Positions 48,757-62,797 of a stretch of DNA of 64,000 nucleotides are shown here, piece after piece (positions within the stretch are counted from its first letter, which is position 1; each line of letters starts with the position of its first letter). The stretch covers positions 19,220,001-19,284,000 of the forward strand of contig NC_058379.1 of assembly GCF_018350175.1 (NCBI RefSeq). The letters run 5' to 3'. This stretch comes from Felis catus. Its lineage: Eukaryota. Position numbers and translations under genes: made by a program. The notes beneath the pieces were generated by a model, which saw only the letters and a list, made by a program, of their open reading frames with translations, was not told the origin of the DNA and did no database searches.

Positions 48757-51700
48757 CTAACATCATGAAATGAAGGAGCCAGGCAAAGCCAGGGAAATAG
48801 GAGGACCTACGACGTGTGCGAGGGACTGTGCAAAGGACTTCACATATATGATACTCATGGCACCTCCAGGATAGGTAGGAGTATTCCCAATTTTACAGAT
48901 AAAAAAAAAAAAAAAACAAAAAAAAAACCCCAAAAACACACACAAAACTAAAGCACTTGTCTAAAGTCCAATAGCCAGAATGAAAGGATCCAGACTCAAA
49001 CCCAGTTGGCCTGACTCCAGAGCCCTAACTCTGCTATACTGCCTCCCCTGCCAGCATGTGAAGGGCTCTCAATGGTAAAAAAAACTATAATTTAAACAGC
49101 TCTGAACTGCCTGTCCAAACTGTGTCCTCTCTTGCATCTGTCCGGCACACAGATTGCAAAGGGACCATGAAGGTCATGAGTGTGCACCAGAGGCAGCTCT
49201 TACCCCCCCAGACTGCATATTCAAGAAGGCAAAATAGAGCCTCTTTAGCTTCAGTGACTAGGAATGGAGAAGTATAGGTGGTGATGCCTGTATGAAGGGT
49301 CCAGAATAATGGGGAAGGTGTGAGGCAAGAGCCTGCACTGAGAGACACAACACTTGGGCACCAACCCATAGGACACGAGAACTGGAGCAGAGCAAGGGGA
49401 CAGGGGACAGAGTCATCACCATGGAGACTATGGGGGTCACTCAAGTTTGTGGAAAGAGGGAGGGTGGACAGGGTTAAGGCAGCACATTGGAAAGATCAAT
49501 ATGCCAACATGCATAAGCTATGGGATGGAGAGACAAGGACCCTAGAGGGGAAACCACATGGCAGACTGGCTTGGCATAGAAGGGTGCCACAAACCTGCCA
49601 GTGCCAACCTTAACAGATACGATGTTTCCCACAAAAAGTAGCTTATTTTGAATCTTTTGGATCGAAGAGTATTATAATTTATTCAGTATAGGTCAAAGCC
49701 CACAGTGTAAAGAGAGATGCTGTCTCCCAGATTTCTGACTGGTTTGTTGCCACCTTTACATTCCTTTTCAAGTGCTAACTGGCCACCCAGCCTCTGCAAG
49801 AACATCCAGGGTGAAAAAAGAGTAACAACACTCTAGGGCCATCTTGCTAAATCTGTGCAGTGGAACAGTTTACAGAACTTCAACCCACTGCCCCTGTTCC
49901 ATCCTCAGGGGTAACAGGTCTCAAGTTTCCCATAAATCTTCTTTTCCAGGCTCAACATCCCCAGTTTCTTAACAAATTCCCACACAGGTTCTAAATCCTT
50001 GCCATCCTGTTCTTGCCCTGAAGAATACCATAACCTCTGATGTCACAAATGAACACCAGGGATGGTTAAACTACTTGAGAAACCTGGGTCTGACCCAGGC
50101 TCACAAATACCAGACACGCCCATGACTCTGGAGCAGACAGAATAGGACTGAGAACCTATATTTGAGAACTGGCCCTGCCGTTTGTTAAAAATGTTACTCT
50201 GGGTAAGTCTCCAGGTTCAGTTCCCTCATCCACAAAGGGAGGGAAATACAACATAACAAAGCCAACTTTTATGGAGCACTTATTAGTGTCCCAGGCAATT
50301 TCACATCATAACTCAAATCACACAATTCTACAAGATGGATACCATCATCATCTCCACTAGAGAAATGAAGCAGCACAGCCACCAGAGGCAGGTCTGTCCC
50401 CAGAGGCCACACCTTTACCCACTCTATTCTCCTGCCTAAGGTCACACTGCCCCTGTGTGGCCTGGACAGGACCTGAATTTAGGTCTATCTAACTCTAAAC
50501 TCACACTCTTCAACGATGCATCAGATCACCACTTACTTCCTCCAATAATTAAGGAACAAGTCAAATGAGACAAATATGTCTAAATGATGTCCCTATTACC
50601 TAGTATATATTAGAAACTCAGTAAATAATAAATCTAAATGACAGTTAAGACATCTATTTTGGAGGCTGTGCTATTGCTAAGCTACTTCTCCAGCACATCC
50701 CAGTATATCTCACCCATTCCTTTGTCAAAACCTCCCCAACCCACTTTGAAAATCCCCGACAGAGGGTGTTCTGTAAGACCAACAAGACAAACTGTCCTGG
50801 CTGAAGTAGGAAAGGGTCCAGCATCAACTGACTCCTATGACAACCCTAATAATGACCAGGTTGGCTACTGCTCTCATGCACCCCCTGCAGCACCCACAAA
50901 GAAATGGCTGCACTGTTATGAAGCCCTACAGTCTCGCCCACCCACACAGCTTGTTAATAAGCCTGAGCTATGTTGGCATCACAAGCCAAAGGCAACAACT
51001 TGAGTGAACTAGGTTTCAGTGAAAGTCAGGCAGAAACACCTACCTTACTCAACTTTCCCAAACAGCCACAATGAAACACAGGTAGCATAAACCAGGTGCC
51101 TAACTGAAATGACATCTTGGGAGAGAGATCTTAGTACAGTCAAAATTGTGGGAATTTCCTCACACATCCAGGTCCAAGAGGAAAGCAATGTTGGGGTACC
51201 TCGGGGTCATCGATCACAATATCCCTGTTGTGGGACACATAGCAAGCACTCAACAAGTGTCTGGTCCCCTCCTCCACTCTCCCCTCCCCTACCATTAATA
51301 GCAGAGCCTCCCTCTTTTGTTCTGATCCCTTCTACTCAACTTCCTGCCTGAAATCTGACACTCCTAGAGGCAACAGGCTCTAGCAGGTTTACTCTACACC
51401 TCATCTTCAGAAACTGTGGTTAAGACCAGAGATCTGGGGCTCAGAGGTACAGGTTTAGATCTGCTTCTTCCATGTTTGGTCACCCTGGGCATCTGGAAGC
51501 TTGTCCTCAGAGAAGTCTTGCGAAAGATCTATTGCACATAAAAACACTACCATAGCACCTGGTATAGAATAAATGAATGGAAGCTTCTGGTACTATTAAG
51601 CACACAGCCTTCTGGAGACAGGTCCGAGCTTGACAAGTTAAACTAAGACTTTTAAAATATTTAATAGTACCCAGATCTTGGTTTTTAAATTTTACTCCCA

Positions 51701-52939
51701 ACCAAAAAGAAACCAAAGCTACCTGAAGAACTAGCTGATTAAGAGTTGGGATAGGGAAGTAAAAGATGAGCCTGTAACATACATCTTGTTCTGAAAGGTT
51801 AAGTACATGCTCTCCCAAAATGGCCAGGACACACTAAAAGGAGCCAGCTTCTGGACCAATTTGGGATAATTCAAGCAAAGCAATGACAGTAACAGATTAT
51901 AATCCATTTAATGAAACAGAAACCCATAAACAGAAACTGATAATAAATGGATAAACGGGGGATAAGGAAAGGCTCTTCCATACAGTAGACCTAGTAAATA
52001 AAGAATGATGGAGTTAAAAACAAAACCATTCTTTTGCAACCACCATAGTAAAAAGATTCAAGCATCTTCATTCAAGAATCCTCACTGAGTGCTAAATGGG
52101 GGGTGGTGGAGGTGGCAATGAGAAACCGAATACACACGATATTTATTTAAAGAATCTCCCCCACAAAATTCTCATTAGTTGCAAAACGAAAAAAGAATAT
52201 ACAGTGGAGAGACCACAAGACACCTCACCCAAATGATCAAGGTTAACATCACCAATAAAGGGCAAACAGGTGTTTGGGCCTCCAAGTGACACCCTGAGAA
52301 GGAGAAATCACTTACACAGTAACAGCCAAAACAAACAAACAAACAAAAAAAACCAACCAAATGTAATCATGAGAAAACACCAGAGAAACTCCAATTAAAA
52401 GACATTCTAAAACAAGTAACTGGCCCTATTCTTCAAAAACATCAATGCTGTGAAAAGCAAAAGCAGAGGAACTGTCCCAGACAAAAGAAGCACAAAGCAA
52501 GCTGATAACTAAGCGCAGTATGTAATCCTGAACTTAACAGTACACAGAGGAAAATACTGTATGTACAGATTACATCTAGATAAATAGTTTTTCCTTCTAG
52601 TTAGACAACTAGGTATCTGAAGAAATTCCCAAACACACTGCATTCAGAAATTTCAAGAACTTCCTGCTATTAACTCTAGGCAGTTGGCTAATGACAATCA
52701 TGTGAGGGCTTCTTTCAGGTTATCATTTTTACACGAAGAACTCATGCACAGGCCATTATCCTACAGACCATTATGCCATAGCGTGGGGAGGGTGGGGGGG
52801 GAGTTGAACAGTCCAGTCAGTGATGGGGTGGTCATGCCAAAGTCCCCAAAGCATTATTTCAGCTCCTGCAGTCTCTGAACTCTATCACCTTCTCTCACCA
52901 AGATTTCCAGGAATTATGTTACTTTAAGAACAGTGAAGA

Positions 52940-55900
52940 AGCTCCTGGGTGGCTCAGTTGGTTAAGTGACCAACTTTGGCTCAGGTCATAATCTCGCAGT
53001 CCGTGAATTCAAGCCCTGCATCGGGCTCTGTGCTGACAGCTGGAGTCTGGAGCCTGCTTCAGATTCTGTGTCTCCCTCTCTCTCTGCCCCTCCCCCACTC
53101 ATGCTCTGTCTCTCTCTCTCTCTCTCTCTGTCAAAAATAAACATTAAAAAAAAAAAAAGAACAGTGAAATTTTGGGTTTGACCGTTACCCTCCTATTTTT
53201 GGTTTTGGTCCTTTTATTTTATCAAGATATAATTTATATATAGCATTGCCAAAGTTTAAGATACACAGTACACTGATTTGATAACATTTACATTGCAGTA
53301 TGCCTGCTATGGTAGCATTAACTAACATCTCTATCATGTCACATAATTATCATTTCTTCTACAGATGAAAACGAGTAAGATCTAGTACCTTAGCAAATTT
53401 AATGTTTATGATACAGTTTTGCTGCCTATAATCACTATACTGTATATTAGAATGCCAGGATTTATTTATCTACTAACTGCATACCCTCTTATTTTTATTT
53501 AATATTATTTTTTAATTTATTTACTGAGAAAGAGTGAGCAGGGGAGGGGTAGAGAAGACAGGAAGGGGGAGAGCACAGAGCCTGATGAGGGGTTCAAACT
53601 CATGAACCACGAGATCATGATCTGAGCCGAAATCAAGAGTCTGATGTTAAATTGACTGAGCCACCCAAGTGTCCCTACATTCTTCTTTTTAAATAATATT
53701 TACTGTGCTTCATGATCATAAACTTAACTCATACTTGTCATTTTTTTAAATGAAAAGAAATTTTTTAAAAAATTTTAATCCCATATAGGGCTGGTTCAAT
53801 TCGAAGAGCATGTGACTCTTGATCTGGGGGTTATAAATTCAAGCCCTTTGTTGGTACAGAGATTACTAAAAAATAAATAAGAACTTTAAATAAAATTTTG
53901 TGTTTAGAGAGCGAGCAAGCACAACCAAGTGAGGCAGGGAGGGGCAGAGGGAGAGAATCTGAAGCAGCCCAGTGCAGTATGGACGCGGGCCTCAATCTCA
54001 CAACCCTAAGATCATGACCTGAGCCAAAATCAAGAGGCGCTTAACTGAGCCACCCAAACACTCCAAACACCAAAAACATTTTTTTTTAACTTTCAAAAAA
54101 ATTTTTACATTAGAGAGAGAGAACGTACACATGTGCACACAAACTGGGAAGAGGGGAAGTGGGAGAGAGAATCTTAAGCAGGCTCTGCTGGAGCCCAACA
54201 TGGGACAGGGCTCCATTCCACGACCCTGAGATCATGACCTGAGCTGAAATTAAGAGTCAGATGCTCAACAGACTGAGCCGCTAAAAAAAATTTTTTAATC
54301 ACATTTAATTCCCACCAAAAGAGAACTACTCACTTTGGTTTTCCTCAAAAACTTAATGCATTTTTATGTATCACTTATAATCTGGCTTTTATATTCATAA
54401 AACTGGGAACACATTGTGGAGATTTGTTTTCCCCACTTATGTCAACAGCATTTTCCCATGATGTTAAATATTCTTCTATGTTCTTTGACTGGATGCATAA
54501 TATTCTTTGTAACGTCCCCTAATTTGTTTACCATAAATTATTTAACTCATTAGAAATGTCTGTTGCTGGGGAGTCTGGGTGGCTCAGGTGGTTAAGCATG
54601 AACTTCAGCTCAGGTCATGATCTCATACTTCGTGGGTTCAAGCCCCACATGGGGCTCTGTGCTGACAGCTGAAAGCCTGGAACCTGCTTCGGATTCTGTG
54701 TCTCCCTCTCTCTCTGCCCCCCTCCCCAACTCGTGCTCTCTCTCTCTCAAAAATAAGTAACACATTAAAAAAAAAAAAAGGAAATGTCTGTCTTCAGGTT
54801 TCCATCATCAAAAACAGCACTGCAATATAAACCCCTGTCCACAATTTTTGATTCATTTTTAGAAGCAGAATTAAAGCACCAAAGGTGCTTATTGCTTCTA
54901 TATTGACGTATGTTAAACATTTAACATATCTATACTTCTACTGGCAAACTAGTAAGGAACACTTGGTAGAATTATTCATTTTATTTTGCCGTCTTTTAAG
55001 TTTAGAAATTCTTATTGTTCCCCGATTTGCGTGTCTGATAATAAGACCATTATTTTTATTTTTATTTAAAAAAATTTTTTTTTTCAACGTTTATTTATTT
55101 TTGGGACAGAGCATGAACGGGGGAGGGGCAGAGAGAGGGAGACACAGAATCGGAAACAGGCTCCAGGCTCTGAGCCATCAGCCTAGAGCCCGACGCGGGG
55201 CTCGAACTCACGGACCGCGAGATCGTGACCTGGCTGAAGTCGGACGCTTAACCGACTGCGCCACCCAGGCGCCCCAAGACCATTATTTTTAGATGTCAAA
55301 TGTCCACTTCACATATTTTCTTCTGTTAATTAGCCATTTTTTGACTTGGGTCATCCACTTTTAATTGGAAAATTAACATTTCTACTGTAAAAGCTATTTG
55401 TATGTTTAAATATAAACTTCCATCATAAAAAAAATTATGAGATGCACTAAATGTCTGAATACGGACTGTTGCCGAGCTGGGAGAACCTGTCTAGCATTCA
55501 CTAAGACTCTACAAAAGAACCTCTAGGGACGCCTCACACTGGATACCTAACAAAATCCAGCCATAAAACTTGCCCCCCAAAGGTTACATAAATATAGATA
55601 GTCTATAAAATCAAAATGATGTCCTTATTTCAACTCATAATTCCTCACCTTAAACTCATTTTTTGTTTTTAATATTTTACCAAGTATCTAACTAGAAAGG
55701 TTATTTCTTAAGAAATATATATTTTTTTACTTTGAAGAAAAATCCCCTTGTTCCCTCCTTAACATTTAATAAAGACAGGATGCTTCAAAACCACGGTTAA
55801 GTACACATAACCAAAAACAGAAACTTTCCCATTTGGGGGCCTCTGGCATTAAATCACCAGGCTGAGCAAGAGACAGGATCAGGTCCCATCTCTGCTACAA

Positions 55901-56534
55901 ACAAAAATCAGCTCAAGACTACATGGAGAGCCACAGAGGCCTTTCTCACCCCATACACACAGGGCCAATAGAAGATGCTCGCAGCAGCACGTGCAGGGCT
56001 CTGTCACCCATAACGATGCCACATTCTACAGCACTGGCTAGACAATCATGCCTGCCCTGCAGCTGTGGGGTACAGAAGAGAAGGACAAGGCTTCCAGCCT
56101 TTCCAGCCAAACCTCAGATGCCAAGAAGCATCTACACCCTCTGACCCTATGAGCACCATCTCAGGGAGCTCATCATAGGATTAACGCTTGCATACGTTAC
56201 ATTTTCAATGTCAAATAAGGGCTGTGGTAACAGGCTACATTAAAAATACCCAAGGAACCCAAAAAGAAGATGTATTTTATTTTGTTTTGTTTTAATTTGT
56301 TTTAAATGCTTATTTATTTTTGAGAGAGAGAGAGACAGAGTGAGTGGAGGAGAGCAGAGAGAGAGGGAGACACAGAATCCAAAGCAGGCTCCAGGCTCCG
56401 AATCATCAGTACAGAGCCCGACGTGGGGCTCGAACTCACGAGCTGTGAGATCATGACCTGAGCTGAAGTCGGACACTCAACTGACTGAGCCACCAAGGCG
56501 CCCCATTTTATTTTGTTTTTTAATGTTTATTTAT

Positions 56535-56575
<41 letters not shown>

Positions 56576-56703
56576 CCCAAGCAGGCTCCATGCTATCAGC
56601 ACAGAGCCCAATACAGGGCTCTATCTCCATGAACTGTAAGATCATGGCCTGAGCCGAAATCAAGAGTCAGATGCCTAATTGACTAAGCCACCCAGGCGCC
56701 CCA
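52940..56703. mobile_element. Dense Can-SINE cluster in SNRPD3 intron
   Basis: Copies at ~52940-53158(+), 53489-53675(-), 53785-53890(+), 53895-54065(-), 54075-54282(-), 54568-54779(+), 55057-55275(-), 56274-56504(-), 56505-56703(-). Confidence 0.88.
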
Positions 56704-57512
56704 AGGTGTATTTTGTCTGGAGACGTTGTTGACAACATTATATAATGGTATAAGACCATATCTCTTTCATTAAGGCCCAGGGGGAGAATGTCTCCCACAT
56801 CCAAGCGCGAGGGAAAACCGCACAACTGGTATTTTATCTTAAGGACACCATGCATTTCAGAACTGCTGATTCCCCTCTGTCAGGACTCTTAAGTAGCTTA
56901 GAACAGAATGTACCTTTATTAAATGTACAGGGATTCACGTTTACATTTCTGGGTACTAACTGCCTGGCTGGCTTCATTTTACAGTCTACCCCAGGTTACC
57001 TGTACCTTGACCTATCTGTCCATTTTTACCTTACCATATAGTTTTTTTGTGAACCACCTCTAATTTTTTTTGAAAGCAGAGTGAAAAATACATACTAGAA
57101 ACCCAAGACACATCCCTAGGGGGGAAAAAGTCCATGCCAATTGTGGTTGTGGAGAGATTCTCTCATTTGGTTTCCAAATCTTTGTAGTGTGTGACCCACC
57201 ACACTTTTACAATAAAAAATGCTATTAAAACCCAACATCAAATGGCAAACACTAAACTCCAGTTGCCCTCTAGCAAAGGGTAGCAAGTGCTAAGAGGATG
57301 CTCTCACCCTCAAAGGGCAGACTAACTGGGGCCAGGAAGGAAGGAAAGCAGCGGGTACTGCAGGAGCCACTGGCTTACACATCCCGGGAATGTGTGAATG
57401 AACTGTGCTATGTTTACTATGGTATATTTAGCTATGCCACAGCCTACTGGTTTTATTCAGTGAGCCAGGCTTAGGTAAACTCAGTGAAGCCTCGGCATCT
57501 GGGCACGGGTGG

Positions 57513-57896
57513 TGTTATGGGCTGAATCCTAGCCACCCCCGATTCATATGTTGAAGTCTTAACCCCCCAGAATCTTAGAATGTGACCATATTTAGAGACT
57601 GGATCCTTACAGAGGTAACTGGGCCCTAATTCAATGTGACTTGTGTCCTCATAAGATGCAACACAGGAAACAGACACAAAAGGAAAACCACGTGAAGATA
57701 CATGAAGAAGAGAAGCATCTATAAGCCAAGGAGAGAGAGGCCTGGAACAGAGCCTTCCTTCATGGCCCTCAGAAGAACCAACCATGTGACATCATGGTCT
57801 CTAACTTCTAGCTTCCAGAACCCTGAGGGAATAAATGTGCTGGTTTAAGCCACCCAGTGTGAAACTTTGTTATGACAGCCCTAGCAGATTAACATA
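57513..57896 (+). mobile_element. MaLR solo LTR (MLT1A-like)
   Basis: TGTTATGGGCTGAAT start, TTCATATGTTGAAGTC motif, perfect 5-bp TSD GGTGG. Confidence 0.85.
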
Positions 57897-58416
57897 GGTG
57901 GGAAGCAAGTGGCTGGCTCCCACCATTTGACATGCATTCACTCATTTATTCTGCACTATAATGCTGAGGCTGAGGTGCTATTTTTATCCCTGATTTCGAA
58001 AGGAGGGAACAGAGGGTGAGAGGTGCACAGCTCGCCCCAAGTCACATAAGATAGCAAGCTGCAACCTGATTTGAGATCTATCACCTGGCTCTATGTTTTA
58101 TATCACATTGTCCACATGTGAGAGATCACCAAGGTGATCTGGTCAGACATCCTCATGTTACAAATGGGAAGTCTGAGGCCCTGGAAGCTCAGGAGTTGTC
58201 CAAATAAGCAGCTGGATAAACACATTAAGATTCCCTACCCCCAGTCTTGCATTCTAACTCACCAAAATAAAGTATCTTAAAATGGATGGGGATGGCTTAA
58301 ACCAGAGGACTGGATCTATGACAGGGGTATCTCACAAAGACAAGGTAGGCAAGGCCCCACAGGACCTTTAGAGAGTCGACATCATCTACCCATATGGCAT
58401 CAACACTGAAGAGAGA

Positions 58417-58605
58417 GGGGCGCCTGGGTGGCTCAGGTGGTTAAGTTAAGCATCCAACTCTTGATTTTGGCTCAGGTCATGATCTCATTGTTCATAAAAT
58501 TGAACCCTGCATGGGCATGACAGCACGGAGCCTGCCTGGGATTCTCTCTCTGCCCCTCTCCTCCACCACTCTCTCCCTCAAAAAATAAACATTAAAACAA
58601 ACAAA
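58417..58605 (+). mobile_element. Can-SINE
   Basis: SINEC head and tail, TSD AACACTGAA(G/T)AGAGA. Confidence 0.9.
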
Positions 58606-58944
58606 AACACTGAATAGAGAAACCTGCAATCACTAGGTGTCTATCTCCCTGAATACCAGGGAAATGGCCCCACTTGCTGGTCAAGGTGGCAGGAAGATGA
58701 TGCTCAAAGCTACAATGAGATCACAAATAAATGAATGAACCCTGTGAAGCAATGACAGTTAGTACACCTGATCTGCAGTGTGACCTTGGGTAAGTCACTT
58801 TCTCTTTCCGACCTTCAGTTTTCTCACATCAAAAACATTAACAGGAACCATACGTGGATATGTATAATGTGCATGGCAAAGAACTAGCTGCTGCACACAC
58901 ACAACTCATTTGATTTCTAGAATGGCCCCAGGGTGTGTTATCCC

Positions 58945-59380
58945 TGTGGCAGTCTTCAGAATGCACTGCTCAGATCTCCCCTCAAGGGTTGTCAGGCTAT
59001 GAGGCATGGAGGGAGCTGAAAGCCTCCAGCTTCCACCTGTAGGATCAATCACAGCTTTCGCCCTGAAGTCAGTCTCCCCAGACTGCCAGCCAATGACTGG
59101 TCACGGTGGGCATCCTAGAGCCAGGCCGTTTCTGCCCCATGCTAGAATTCTTAGGCTTAGACTTCTTCTAATAAGCAAACTTTGTTGGCTGAGACTTCTT
59201 CAGAGATATGCTACCGTCTAAGCCTCTTCCCACTCAATCTTATCTTTTCTCTCTCCCTTTCCCCAGCACCAGACCAGTATAGATCGAAAGCTCTCCTGCC
59301 TACTCCTACTCCCTCTCCTTTATCCTTCATTGTCATTTCCCCCAATAAATCTCTCACACAACTAATTCTGTCTTGGTATC
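58945..59380 (+). mobile_element. ERVL LTR (LTR16-like) remnant
   Basis: TGTGGCAG start, GCTCAGATCTCCCC motif, AATAAATCTC near end. Confidence 0.5.
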
Positions 59381-59886
59381 TATGTCCCATTTCACAGATG
59401 AGGAAACTGAGGCAATTAGCATGATTAAAGTCAGATAATTAGGATCCAACCCTACACCTCTGATTCCAAACCCAAAGTTCTGAACTGATGGTTTAAAGAA
59501 TGAAGGAGAAAGTGTGCTGATATACCTTGCAAAAGTAATGCTATAGAAATTCATGTGATTATTAGCAAAATGCAAAGTGGTGCCACGGGAAGGGCACGGT
59601 ATCAGGAAGCTGCTCCAACATTTATTAGCAGAAGGACATTCAATAGATGAGTCTTTTAATATTATCCTATTTTATGGATGACAAAACTATCACTGAACCT
59701 GCTTACCTGACAAGATAGTTGCTATAATCAAATGAGACTCATCCTCCAAGAAAGAGTGGAAGCTTCTGCTAACTGCAAAGCATTATGCAAGCATGTAGGG
59801 GCAAAAGGAAAATGGCCCTGAATCTGATGAATTCTACCAAAAGGAGTAGTGCCACTTCTCTTAAACAAGTCCTCAAAATATGATTA

Positions 59887-60246
<360 letters not shown>

Positions 60247-60644
60247 CTACAGTGAGAGAGACACCAGTTAGTTCATCTTTCAGAGCCTGAGAAGTCATGT
60301 GGCACATATCATGCCTCCCTTAAGGCCTGACACTCCATCAAACTTAGTAAGAATGCCAAAGCTGCCATTTTGTACAGAAAAAAAGCTTAACTCCTAGCTT
60401 GAAGAACTTATGTGGGATGGGGAAGGATGGGGGGCTGGAGAGAGGGAAGGCTAATGGGATGAGAAGAAAGTACCTTCCATCTCCCTCCATGCTACCATAT
60501 GCCCCTTTATCTTCATCAGATAATCAGTAACCAATACTGTGTGTGTACACAGTACATCAGGGAGCTGAGATGTAAATGCTATACAATGTTTTTGGCAACC
60601 CAGAGATGTGGATGACACCACTTTGAGAACCCATGATGTAGACC

Positions 60645-60800
60645 CAGCCAATACAGTAGCCACGGTCCACATGTAGCTATTTAAACTAAACTTAAAGTGA
60701 AATAAAATGAAAACGAAACATTTACTCCCTCAGTCACATTAGCCACATTTCAAGTGGTCAATGGTCACATGTGGCTAGTGCTTACAGTACTGGGCAGTGA
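60645..60800. mobile_element. MER3/MER33-like hAT MITE
   Basis: Imperfect inverted ends: CCAATACAGTAGCCAC..CACATGT versus ACATGTGGCTAGTG..TACAGTACTGG. Confidence 0.65.
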
Positions 60801-61650
60801 AGTAAAGACAAAAGGACCCAGGCAAATCTAGAAGGGGCTGTGCATTTAATTCAACCCATTAAGTACTCTTTGACCCTCCACTTACGTCATCAAGGTTAAA
60901 AGCAAAAGTGTTCACAAAGAGACAACAGCCATAAGCAGGAAATGCTTGGAGGAGAAACATAATCAGGGCAATCACCTGACTTGATACAACTCAGAGACAA
61001 GCAGTAGATTTCGTATTCCCAGATGAGCAAGTACCGAAGATTAAAATACATCATGTGTGTTCAAGAGAGGAAAGGGAACATGAGGGTAGGAAAGACAGTC
61101 ACCCTTGGTGAGGAGCCTCAGGAGTCTGATTTTATGCTGAAACAGTGGGGAACTACTGCAGGATTATAGGTAAGGAATGACCCAATATAAAGGCAGAAGC
61201 ACTTACAAAATGGATCAAACACAGCTTTTTTTCAAACACAGTTTAGGAGCAAGGAAACTTGCTAAAACTTCTGTAACAATATGGAAAATATTGAGAGGAT
61301 AAGTGCCTGAAAAGGGGATGGAGGCAGAGATGCAAACAACTTTGAAAAATATTACCCAGATGGGACCTGGGCGAAGGAAGTCTGCCAGAAATGATTTCAA
61401 CACTACTGCTTGTATGTTAGGGAAAAAACATGGCCTGGAGAAGAACAGAACGCGAAGGGCATGTACTTTGGGGAAAAGCGAACGAACTTCCAGCCGCTAG
61501 CGAGGCAACGCTGATGTTTGAGTGACCCGGGCTTCCCGCTCTTCTCTCTACCCGAGCCTCCCAGAACTCCTCGGCGGCGCGTGCTTCTCCAGCCCCAGAA
61601 CCCTCACAAGTGCTTCGGTCTACCCTCGCCTGCCCCAAGCCTCACCTCAC

Positions 61651-61790
61651 CGGCTCCGGCCTACTCTTCCGTTCCCGTGCGGCAGCAACTCGAGCAACTG
61701 CGAAGGTGTGAGCCAAGGAATGGCGGGTCCCGCGCTCCCAGAATACCACGCGTTCCCAAAATGCTGCGCGCAGAGCCCGCCCCCTTCCTT
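61651..61790 (-). other. SNRPD3: SNRPD3 non-coding exon 1 (5' end approximate)
   Basis: Donor GCCG|GTGAGGTGAG at 61650 inside the CpG island; YY1-type CCGCCATT at 61719-61726. Confidence 0.7.
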
Positions 61791-62797
61791 TTCGTAGTGG
61801 TGAGCGCGGTCCTGCCTCTGCTTCCTCCTCACCCTACCGACCGGGAAACGTGGACTCTGGTACGATAGTTCCGGCCCCGGAAGAGAGGGCTGGTGACGGC
61901 GCCCAGGTGTCGCCGGAAACACTGATCCTGGGGCGGCAAGGGGGGGTGGGTAACTCGCGTTTCCAAACACCTCACACCAGGGACAGGATGGACTGTGAGA
62001 CGGGGATCCGGGACCTGGGCTCTCGGATCGGGGGCAACAGGTGGAGGGGCCGAGGGCCAGGACCTCCCCTCACAATTTAACCTTTGGAACCGGCACTGCC
62101 AGGTAAGGGGAGCCCTCAGTAAGGCGAGGTATCTCACCGTACGAGTAGAGAAACAGGTATAGAGAGTAGAGCTGGGGCCGACCCAGAGCCGGCCCTCAGC
62201 GAGTCGCAGTAGTGTTAGGTCTTCTTGAACCCCGCGGTGTACGGGTAAGACCTGGCCTTAGGCTAGCAAAGAAACTGCCGCTGAGAAGAGACGGAGTTTG
62301 CGAAGATGAAGTCTCTGGGGAACCAAGGATCATGGAAAGATAGGGCTTCGGGGCCGTGCTCAAGAAAAAGGGCGGAGCTTCCGGGGAACGGAGGCAGGGA
62401 AGGGCCTGCGCGCCTGTGCGTGGTGGAGGGGAAAGGGGCGGGGTCACAGGGAGCTGACATTGCCATTAGCCAGGACCCGCTTAGATCCCGAGGCCGGGGG
62501 CCTCTAGGAATAGAAGTCGGGGGAGGGGAAAAGAAGGGGAGGGGCCTCCTTGAGGCAGGGAGGGGGTGGGGTTTAGGAAAGGGGCGGGGCCTGACCCGAA
62601 GCCTGGAAGGGGCGGGGCGGGGCTTGGGGCGGCCCTGCCACCGCCTCCTCTTCTCCCCACCGCGGTGGCGGTGGCAGTGGCGGCGGCAGCGGCGGCGGAG
62701 GAACCTGACACGCACCGGCCCCACTCCCGCCCCAGTCGAAGCCGAAGCTGCAGCCGGCGCCGGGCGGGGGCCATGGGCGCCCCGCGCGGCCCGGGTC

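Noticed and set aside
62306-62797. In-frame ATG giving a 164-aa N-terminal extension of GUCD1
   Set aside because: Runs through GC boxes that are probably promoter; open frames are expected by chance in a CpG island and the peptide is low complexity.
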